Positions 1 through 10,081 of a stretch of DNA of 64,000 nucleotides are shown piece after piece. Position 1 is the stretch's first letter; each line of letters starts with the position of its first letter. This DNA comes from Octopus vulgaris (Eukaryota): NCBI GenBank assembly GCA_951406725.2, contig OX597815.1, positions 75,888,001 through 75,952,000 on the forward strand, written 5' to 3'. Position numbers and translations under genes: made by a program. A model generated the notes under the pieces. The model was not told the DNA's origin. It did no database searches and was given only the letters and a program-made list of their open reading frames with translations.

Positions 1-3000
1 AGGAACCTACAAAAATTTCTAAGACCAGTCATGTGACTATCCTTTACCAATCAAATCCCATTCAGAACATATACTAATTTGAGCCATGAACTCCCTATAA
101 AAATAGAGCAAGCTTCAAACACTAATCAGAAGCAAGACAGCTGCAACATAAACCACGTCTTCCTATTTAACTTTATGAAGATCAGTGTAAACTGTGAAAC
201 CAGTTAAAGCTTTAAATATATAAATAAAAAATATTTTAACTATTCTTAGTGCATTTTCAACTTCTATTTCTCCTATATTTCTACCTCTGTGGAATAAAAT
301 AACTTTGTTTTATATATATATATATGCTTCTGTCGACCAAATCAACTCACAAAATTTTGATAAGCCCAAGGTTATAGTAGAAGACACTTGCCCGTGGTAC
401 AACACAGTGGGATGAACTTAGATCCATGTGGTTGGAATGCAAACTCTTACCACACAGTCATGTATATCTTCTTGTCTCTCTCTCTCTGCTCACATTCATG
501 AATAACAGGAGTGGAAATTAAAAATTAAAAATCAACTTCACTGGTGTGAAAGAACCTACAAAAGTCACAGGTGCAACCCTTCTTCTTCCTTTAAATAATT
601 AATTCATAATACAAAAAAAACATTAAAAAATTAAACAAGGCGTTTGTTTCTCATAATAAAAATCAGGTTATATGAGATGCAAGAAATATGATGCTATATG
701 ACAATAAAATCTAGGAAATGAATGCAGAAGATTCACAGAAACATGGTTATATGCTATGATAGATGCAATGGTCACTCAAAAATTTGAATTGTTATTTCAA
801 TGCTACAGACCTTGCAATAATAACAACAATGATGAACAAATATATTCAGAAGATCATGTGTTATTTGAAACCAACAATGCATCAAGAACAAGAAAGTCAA
901 GTAGAAAGATATGCATACATAGACATAAACAGACAATATAACTGAAGCAGAATGAATTGAAAATGACTTGCCAGATGAGTAATGTTAACTTAAGAGAAAA
1001 GTCAAACAAGTGAGTTGAGAAGTAGAAGTCATAAGAAACATTAGTATTCAGGAGTTATGACAAACTGGTCATCATCATGATGATGATGACAATGATGATA
1101 ATGATGATGTAACATCTAGTTTCCATTTCAGCATAGGTTGAACAATTTGACAGGAACCAGAGAGCCACAAGGCTGTATTATGAATGAAAATGAATGCTGT
1201 ATATGAGATGCAAATTGATAGTAGAGGATACCATTAATAGAGGCAGGCCAAGGGAAATTTAGAAAGTAGCTAAGTTAGACATGAGAATATCAGACTTCAT
1301 AGATGTTACAAAACAAGATTCAAACATATAATGATACTGTATTAAAAAGCCAACCAACTTAATATAAGCAAGGAAAACTAGACATTATACTAATATATGT
1401 GGTTTATAAAATCAAATGCAATAATTAATAAAAAGACTCAGCTAACATCTAATCACAAGCTATCAATTCAATGAACTGCTGGGTGGGGTAATTATTGTTA
1501 AATACAAAATGGGGTTTGAAATGAATTTCAACAATGTTTTTACACAATGTAAAGTGGTTGGAAAATGAAGGAAAAGAACCTAGAGTAGAGAGGTCTCTTT
1601 GGTTTTGTCGAGGCCCTCTCTAGTGCTGTTGCCATGAGGAAACACACATAGTGCACTCAATAAAGATGGTTAGTGCTAAGAAGGGGATCCAACCAATGAA
1701 ACTAATAAAAAAATTTAATATACAAGCAAAAACGTGGGGTATTAAATCATCAAGGAAAAAAGTAACTCCAAATAAGAACTGACAATAATCATGACAGCCT
1801 TTCCAACACAAACCAACATGGAAAGGAAATATAAGATGAAAATTTCTATATTTAATTTTGTTATCATTTAAGTGCAAAAAGTTATCACAGCCTAAATGTG
1901 AAGAGAGCTTATCCTACCTTTATCCTCATTTTAATCCTGCTTCAGTTAGACAGGTTTCCTTCATTGCCACTGAATTATTGTCTATTAATAGTGTAAGAAA
2001 TAATTGGAAGGTACAGTTGGTGTGAAGGATATAAAAAGCTAATTTTACTGTGTCTCACTTAATGTTACACATTTCTAAATTCCAATTCCACTAGTGTTGA
2101 CTATGCATTCTCATATGCCAAAATTGATAAAATAGTATCAGTAATATATTATGGTTGATATTGTTCACTCTTTACAATCAGATTTTTTTATGGTGGTGGG
2201 GGTCCTCAGAAAAGTTTATGTTTCCATACAAGATGGTGCACAATTTCTACCTGTGTTCTAATCCATAACAAAGTTACATAAGCCTGCAAATTCAAATATT
2301 TAATATGTAGGCTAGATATTACTTTTTATGCTGGCCTTCATCATCTACTATGTTGGTCAAACAAACAAAATTCTGTTTAGAAAAAACTATTGAAAATTTT
2401 GAAATTTAATTAAATTCAAAGACTACCTTCATAAATAGGGGATGCAATTTATGACAAGGATCTAGCCATATAAACACAGAATAAGCTAGTACATATCCAA
2501 CTACTACTACACATCTAGATACACAAGAAATACAGAAGACCCTACTAGAGATGAATTTTGCTGAAGATTAAACAAGGAAACCAATTGGAAGGTAATTTGT
2601 TAGAGCATTGCCTTGTCTCATAAAACTGGAAAAATTTTTATGTTACAGGATGCCATTTCTACAAGCCAGATGGAAAAATCTACTATTATGGACTGCATTA
2701 CCATGAATAACTATAATTCTAGCGTTGCTACTGTGAGGAAATCAACTTTGATTCAGGTTAAAATTTGTTATTGATGTGGATTAAAAACAGCATATGGCCA
2801 TAAAGAATGCTTTAACTGTAAGCTGATAGGACATTTTGTAAAAGTATGTCATTAATATCATCATATTTCAACAGGTAATTTGTGAACCAATGTAACCATC
2901 AATATCACCCAGTCAAACATCTAAGTGAAATTTCCTTTGAACAATGTAAATAAACTCAATCAACAGTGGCTTGTTGGTAGTGATAGTGAATTGTCTTTGA

Positions 3001-4261
3001 TTTATGAAGATATTTCTGAAAAAGCATTCAACTTAATCAGTACAACAACAGTAAACATTGTAGTAAGCAACTGCTACCAAGTTACTGAAGTTTGACTGTG
3101 AAATATCTGATTTTAATACCTTATCATTCATTGCAGTATTACAATTTCAATCACTTCAGTTTGAATTTAAAGGTAAATTTCCATGTTTGTCCATTTCTGC
3201 TGCATATGCTAATCAGAAATTTAATAAACATTTTTGACAAACCTTCAAAACACTGAATATTCAATGACACTAGGTTCATCAAAATTACAACTGGCCATCT
3301 TATACAATCAACAAAAACCTTAGCAACAACAGTTACTTGATATTGTGATACCAAAATCAATTTCTAAAATAAGCAGCGCTTACATTTTGTCAGTCAATTA
3401 CTCTTTCACATTTGCCTTAAGAAAGCAACTTCTCAAGCTGTCACTCAAAGTTTTTCAGTACTCCTCCAAGTTCATAGTAACTGTAGCACTAAATTTGAGC
3501 GCTGTGAATATGAGGAATTTTTAAGTAGATAGCATATTCATATGACTGTAGCAGCCATACATCTCTTCAGATAAAAGAGATATATTGCTAGTGGGAAAAA
3601 AAAGAGAAAATGATGAAGGTGTGTTAGGCCATCCCTTCAAGCTACAACGAAGTGAATGCACTACTTTCACCTCTCTATAATTTAGGATACACCATGACAC
3701 ATTTTCCTTCTCTTTCTTTTTTCAATCTGAGATAGCCCTGTGTCTCCTTTACAGCAAGATACTTGTTTTTGTCCCTCTGTCCATAGTTTAACCTCTCATC
3801 ACCTGACACAAAGCTACGTCCCTCAATATTATTCCCTCCTCAGTTGAAGATCATGTCTTAAGAGTTACTTGGTGACCTCACTTGTGCAGGTGCCATGTAA
3901 AAAGAGCCCAGTAAACTCTGTAAAATGATTGGTGTTAGGAAGGGCATTTAGCAATAGAAACCCTACCAAAGTAGACAGTGGAGCTTAGTACAGTCCTCAT
4001 GCTCGCCAGCTCCTGTCAAACAGTCCAACTCATACCAGTATGGAAAACAAACATTAAATGATGATGACTCATCAATTATCATCAAATGAACAAAATGAAT
4101 GATACAATGGAGTTATATAGAAAACTACTTAGTTATGTCTAATGCAAACAAGATGATAAAATAATGGGACAAAGAACTCCACTTGTTTTAATGAATATTT
4201 GACTATTGCTTTATTGAACTGTGGATTCGATAAAAATTTTAACAAAATGTTATAATTATAT

Positions 4262-4846
4262 TAGTCAGAGTGATGTCCTCATCTTGGTTGTTGCTTTCGC
4301 TACATTTCGGCTGTGAATGTTCCAACCTTTTTCAGGTGTCTTGTGATTCACCTTAGTGCATTGCCTGGGATTGAACTCAGAACCTCTATGGTGACTGCAC
4401 TGCATGAATTAATGCCTTTATCCACTATGCTATGACCATAGGCAGTGTCAGAGTGAATTTTTTAAGGCTTTTAAACCTTCAATGATGTCTTATGTTACTG
4501 TGGAGGGCTGTCTTCATCTTGGGTGTTACTTTCTGAAGGTTGGGGCATGCACAGCCAAAAAGTAGTGAAAGTAACAATCAAGGTGAAGACACCATTCCAA
4601 TTAATACATAATATAAAAATTCGTCATCTCAGAAATATAAAATTGTATTATTCAATCAGAATGGGGCCAACATAAGACATCAATGGAGGTTTATAAGCCT
4701 TAAAAATTCACTCTGATAATACCTCCAGGTATAGTGTAGTGGGTTAAGGTGCTAGTCAATGACTAATTATGGACATAGAATAGTGGGCAAAGATGCTAGT
4801 TAATGCAGTGCAGTCTCCTAGAGGCACTAAGGTGAATCACAAGACA
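4262..4846. mobile_element. Inverted pair of degenerate tRNA-head plus hammerhead-like repeat units (retrozyme/Penelope-associated repeat)
   Basis: Three blocks pair as inverted repeats: 4275-4335 with 4533-4591, 4337-4440 with 4768-4846, and 4448-4496 with 4669-4716. The minus-strand copy has A/B-box-like motifs followed by CTGAAAAA-GGTTG...CAGCC-GAAATGTA. Confidence 0.6.
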
Positions 4847-5835
4847 GAATGTTATAAGTTAAATAAGTAATCAACTCAAAGCAAAATGCATGACCTTTAC
4901 ATGTTGTTCAACTCTGGAAAGAAAATCAAATGACTTATAAATAAAAAAGGAGGAAGTTTGACGACAACCAGGCATGGTTCATTCATTGAAAAAATGCAAT
5001 TGAAAAACTTTCCTATTTCCACATCCAAAGTCAATTTATAAGAGGACAGCATGATAGAAGTCGTTTATCTCCAGCCTCTACATCCAAGACTCAAAATGAC
5101 TGATGAAAATTGCAAACCTTTGGATATGCTGTTACTTCAAATACTACTACATATACAATTACGATGCACAAACAATCCTAACAGAAAAAGAAAACCTAGC
5201 TGACATTTCTTTTTGAAAGTGCCCATAACCTTCACAGACTTTCTGAGCTTAGTGAGATTGATGTCATTAATACTCTGCTTAAACTGTTGCAAGCTGACGA
5301 CAAAAGATAAGACAAAAACAGGGAGGGACCACCAGATGGATGGCTTTCTGGGAAGCGAGGGCTGGTCATAGTGTCTAGTGCAAAGCCATGTGGCTTGAAC
5401 ACAACATGGGTGATAAGAGGAGGAAAGAGAAGTGAATTAAGAGTACCTGAGTAGACGTGCCTGTCTCAAAACAAAGAGACAGAGAACGTTTTAATAACAG
5501 AAAATATAGAAAGAGGAGATAGCACAGCTGCGGGTCAGAGGTTAAAATGTATCAGTGAGTGATTTTATGCCAGTAAGTCGAGTGGCTTTTCTCTTTATAG
5601 TGTTTAGGATGTTTCTTGAATTATCTTATAATTGTTATGTTAATTACTAACTACAGAATTGTAAGATCAAGAAGATGCACCCTCGTCACTTATAAAAAAA
5701 CTAGACGATACGACTTCACTTTTTAACAACTTCTGTAATATGAAATACATCGAGGTTGGGTACTGAATGTTTGAAATTATGGATTGCAAACAATATTTTT
5801 TTTTCTATTACATACTTTTAAATAACAAACTTATA

Positions 5836-6262
5836 GGATCTTTTCGGTTTGAACGGCAGTTTTTAACATAATTTCTAGGTAACTAAAAAATTTTAAACTT
5901 CGTATACTGGTAGAATGTGTTTATAGAACATCTTTTTCTCTTGGCTTTATTGAGAAAATTCTATGGTTTGTAAGATATTTGTTGGGTTTTTTTTTCTTCA
6001 ATTTCTGCAATTTCAACCAATCACTGACGTCTATTGAGGTAAAAACATTCTGTGCCGCATGAATATGTCCCTCGTTTAAGAAACAGATTGGGTTTATTTA
6101 CATTTGTGAAGAAAAAAATGATACCCTTCCCCCCACTCCTAATCCTAACCCTAACTCTAAACCAGAATGAAATGCAATAGATCGATACTGGGGTCATAAT
6201 TGTGGGTGACAATTTCATATGACACCGCTAGAAAAAAACTGCTGTTCAAACCGAAAAGATCC
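5836..6262. mobile_element. Non-autonomous DNA transposon (MITE), Merlin-like
   Basis: TIRs of about 28 bp: GGATCTTTTCGGTTTGAACGGCAGTTTTT and AAAAACTGCTGTTCAAACCGAAAAGATCC. Perfect 8-bp TSD AACTTATA at 5828-5835 and 6263-6270. No ORF. Confidence 0.85.
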
Positions 6263-6654
6263 AACTTATAATACAGACAGATCCAGAAATTTAGTAATAA
6301 AGGCAAATTATGTTAAAGTATTTTAGCTAAGTAAACTGCGTAACTGTTAATTAAATGATAGACGTCTGCAGGATAGAGATCGGAAAACCTTATAAGGGAT
6401 CGAGTTATTCTGTTTCAAAATTAAGTTAATACAACTCGAAGTTATGCAAACTATTGGTTTATAAACAAACGATAAATCAATATTTTGAAAAGAGCATCAG
6501 CAGAATATTCCAATGTCTTAAAATTAAATCTTCATGGATGTCTATATTTAATCCTTTTTTTTTTTTTTATGACGAAATATCTCTCTCCTGACTTGGCTTC
6601 TTAACTTTCTTCATAACGCATATAGTTTTAATGAAATTTTGCAGAATGTCTAAA

Positions 6655-7050
6655 TGATTACGTTGATGAAAAGTTTTATTTATATATTTTAGTCAGAAAG
6701 AAAATAAGTCCATTTTTTTTAACCATTCAGTAACTTGCATATGATCATTGCACAACATGAAAAAAAAAAAAAACTTTATCTTGGTTGATATTCATTATCA
6801 ACAAGAAAATGGAAGGCACAATCAAAAATTATTAAACACTTTCAATTTGTAGTGGGTTAAAACGTTAACTTGGGAAGTTTTTTGTCATCTTACTTTCTAA
6901 TTTTATGTTGTTAGTGAACAATATCAATCAGGATAAAGGCGTAGATTTGTATGTGCGTAGTTTGTGCAACACGATATCGAATGGTTAAAAAGTTACAAAC
7001 TTTTTTCTGACTAAAAGAAAATTACAAAACATTTATATTAACATAATTGC
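6655..7050. repeat. Old imperfect long palindrome (foldback/MITE relic)
   Basis: TTTTAGTCAGAAAG..TTAACCATTC (~6687-6728) pairs with GAATGGTTAA..TTTCTGACTAAAA (~6979-7016). CTTTATCTTGGTTGATATT (~6774) pairs with AATATCAATCAGGATAAAG (~6920). Confidence 0.6.
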
Positions 7051-8467
7051 CATTTCAAAAACTGGGAGTACACTAAACAATAATTATATGGAATAATTTT
7101 TATTCACCATTCACAAAATTACTCGATTAAGGTACATTATGCATTTCTTTATCAAATAAAGGCTTATTTTCAAAAATACAACGTCAAATAATACATATCA
7201 CTGAAATAAAGACAGCTCCTGGTGCAAGTGAATTAAAACTAAATTGTATTGTTTATGTGTAATGTGTTCATTATATTATGAATGAAAGCATAATATTGAA
7301 ATATATGAATGAACGGCTGCACAAATGATGGAGGGATGAATGAAAGATGAGTGAAGACGATGATAAAACTTGACAACTGTTAAGCAAATATTTTAATAAA
7401 AACAGTAATTAATGAGAAAACAAAGTTACAAGCATACAACTAGAAAATTTAATTGCAGGAAAATGAAAACTACAGTATATTTGTTCCTCCCGCCTTTATT
7501 CAAATTTGCTTTTACAGTTTATAGCAGTTAAATTTATATTTTTACTAGTAATTAACTGAATTAACAAACAAATATATACAATCATTTAATATATATTATA
7601 AATATAATGAAGTATTTAGAGATTTTAAATTGTTTTTTCTTTCATAAAAAGAATATTTTTACAAATATATAACAGATGAAAATAATGCGATTAGCATAAA
7701 AGGACACAACATACAGATAGAATGGATCAACGATATTAAAAGGGAAAATAAGATGCGATTTTATAAATAAACAGTCGTGTTTGTTATTTTTTTCTCAGTG
7801 TTGATAGGATAAAACAAGTGTTGCAATTATTAAAATCCAAAGCATTGCCAGCATTACAAAAGATAAAATACATACACATTTACATATGTTCTTAAACAGC
7901 ACAGAGTGGATTATAGCAGATTCAGGTGGTCATTTTCAGTGAGTTTAAACGAGCACCACCCGAAGATATCTGAAGCTATGTTGGAGACAATTTACACGCA
8001 GCTGGGCTGTTGTTAAGGTAAAGTTGTCTTAGCAACAACCGTCAATTAGTCATATTCTGGGTCAATGTGCTCATAATATTAGAAATAAATGTCTTATTAA
8101 GATTTGTTCTAAATTTAGTGGTTAATCCTGTTTAATATTGTCGAAACATAAAATTCCTAAATCTGTGTAATAAGTAAACTTTATATTAACAATAACAAAC
8201 ATCGCCATACCAACCATAACAAAGTCGCCATATTGCCGAATAGACATAGATTCGAATTTGTTGCACTAAGCTTTTTCTTGTAAAATGAAATATATAATAA
8301 ATCATATAATACATAATAGCTGTAATTTTTTAAATTATTATTGATTAAATTAGTAAATAAGTAGTAAAATACGTAACAGTGTTTAACATCCTGTTTTCAC
8401 GTGAGAGTTTGTAAACGAGAGTTACCTCCATATTTGTTGCTATAGACGTTTACTGTTTGATGAAAAA

Positions 8468-10081
8468 ATGTCTACATTGTCACAATTTTTACCACAACCC
8501 TCTCAGAAAGTGTACGATCGGGATGACGAAGATGAAGAGCGACATAAACTTTATATGCAGCATGTAACTGTAAAGAGCATACGTGCTGCACCTCCGTATG
8601 GACACAGGAAGAACTGGATCCCAAGGACTCAAGAAGATTTTGGCGATGGCGGGGCTTTTCCTGAAATCCATGTGGTTCAGTACCCACTTGGAATGGGTCT
8701 TAAAAAGTCGAGTTCAAATTCTTTGGCTATGCAACTGGATTCACAAGGAAAAATTAAATACGATGCAATCGCTAAACAGGGTCACGGTAAGGATAAAGTT
8801 GTTCATTCTAAATTCCAAGATCTTGTTCCTAAAAATGTTGACGATAATGATCCAGAATTGGAACGTCCAGATACAGAAAAAATTGAGGAAACAACGGAGA
8901 AAACAAGACTGGCACTGGAGAAAATTGTTTCCAGTAAAATGTCAGCTGCAATGCCTGTACGTCACGCTGATAAACAGGCTCCAGCCCAATATATTAGATA
9001 CACTCCTTCACAACAAGGAGTCTCATACAATTCTGGTGCTAAACAAAGAATTATACGCATGGTTGATGTTCAGAAAGATCCAATGGAACCAGCGCGTTTC
9101 AAAGTAAACAAAAAGATTCCAAGGGGTCCCCCTTCACCACCTGCACCTGTTCTTCATTCTCCCAACAGAAAAGTCACTGTTAAAGAACAGCAGGAATGGA
9201 AAATACCGCCTTGTATATCTAATTGGAAAAATGCTAAAGGTTACACAATTCCTCTTGATAAACGGTTGGCGGCTGACGGTCGAGGTTTACAAGGTGTACA
9301 CATCAACGAAAATTTTGCTAAATTAGCCGAAGCTTTGTATATTGCTGACAGAAAAGCTAGAGAAGCTGTTGAGATGCGAGCACAAATTGAGAAAAAAATG
9401 GCTCAGAAAGAAAAGGAGAAAAAAGAAGGTAATTTGCGTTTACTTGCCCAGAAAGCCCGTGAAGAACGCGCAGGAATTCGTAGGGAGGAAAAAGAAGAAG
9501 AGGTTGCCGAAAGAGATGAACTGCGAAAAGAGAGATCAAAAGACAGACAACGAGATCGTAATTTGGCCAGAGCTGCACCTGATAAACGATCTAAATTGCA
9601 ACGTGAAAGAGAACGTGATGTCAGTGAAATTATTGCGTTAGGTCTTCCAAATACAGGAGTTGGAGACTCTCAGGAAGTTCAGTTTGATCAGAGACTCTTT
9701 AATAGAACTAAAGGAATGGACAGTGGGTTTGGTGATGATGACGCTTATAACGTTTATGATAAACCCTGGCGCCAAGATCGAAGTATTGCTGATTCGATTT
9801 ATAAACCATTCAAAAATGCTGATAAAGAGATGTATGGTGATGATCTTGAAACAATTATGAAAACAAAGAGATTTGAAGCAGAGAAAGGTTTTGCCGGAAC
9901 TGATAAATCACGGAAGCGAGATGGCCCTGTTCAGTTTGAAGAAGATCCTGATCCTTTTGGTTTAGATAAATTCTTAACAGAAGCCAAACACGGAGGACAA
10001 AAACGTCCTACTCATGTGGATTCCCGATCCAGTAGTAAAGACTATGAATCAAGTCGAAGCAAACAAAGGCGACGCGAATAA
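8468..10081 (+). CDS. SNW1: SNW domain-containing protein 1 (SKIP/Prp45/Bx42), spliceosomal NTC-related factor; single-exon CDS, 537 aa
   Basis: Uninterrupted ORF with hallmark motifs PPYGHRKNWIPRTQEDFGDGGAFPEIH, QYIRYTP, DPMEP..FK...KIPRGPPSPPAPVLHSP, WKIPPCISNWKNAKGYTIPLDKRLAADGRGL, ERDVSEIIALG, QFDQRLFN and DGPVQFE..DPFGLDKFL. Confidence 0.98.
   Translation: MSTLSQFLPQPSQKVYDRDDEDEERHKLYMQHVTVKSIRAAPPYGHRKNWIPRTQEDFGDGGAFPEIHVVQYPLGMGLKKSSSNSLAMQLDSQGKIKYDAIAKQGHGKDKVVHSKFQDLVPKNVDDNDPELERPDTEKIEETTEKTRLALEKIVSSKMSAAMPVRHADKQAPAQYIRYTPSQQGVSYNSGAKQRIIRMVDVQKDPMEPARFKVNKKIPRGPPSPPAPVLHSPNRKVTVKEQQEWKIPPCISNWKNAKGYTIPLDKRLAADGRGLQGVHINENFAKLAEALYIADRKAREAVEMRAQIEKKMAQKEKEKKEGNLRLLAQKAREERAGIRREEKEEEVAERDELRKERSKDRQRDRNLARAAPDKRSKLQRERERDVSEIIALGLPNTGVGDSQEVQFDQRLFNRTKGMDSGFGDDDAYNVYDKPWRQDRSIADSIYKPFKNADKEMYGDDLETIMKTKRFEAEKGFAGTDKSRKRDGPVQFEEDPDPFGLDKFLTEAKHGGQKRPTHVDSRSSSKDYESSRSKQRRRE

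Noticed and set aside
40-100. Possible small minus-strand exon (ttttatag...EFMAQISICSEWDLI...gtaaag)
   Set aside because: The splice-like signals are plausible by chance in AT-rich DNA, there is no recognisable homology, and no linked exons were found.
8472-9860. Alternative-frame and antisense ORFs over SNW1
   Set aside because: Shadow ORFs of a conserved CDS with no recognisable motifs.
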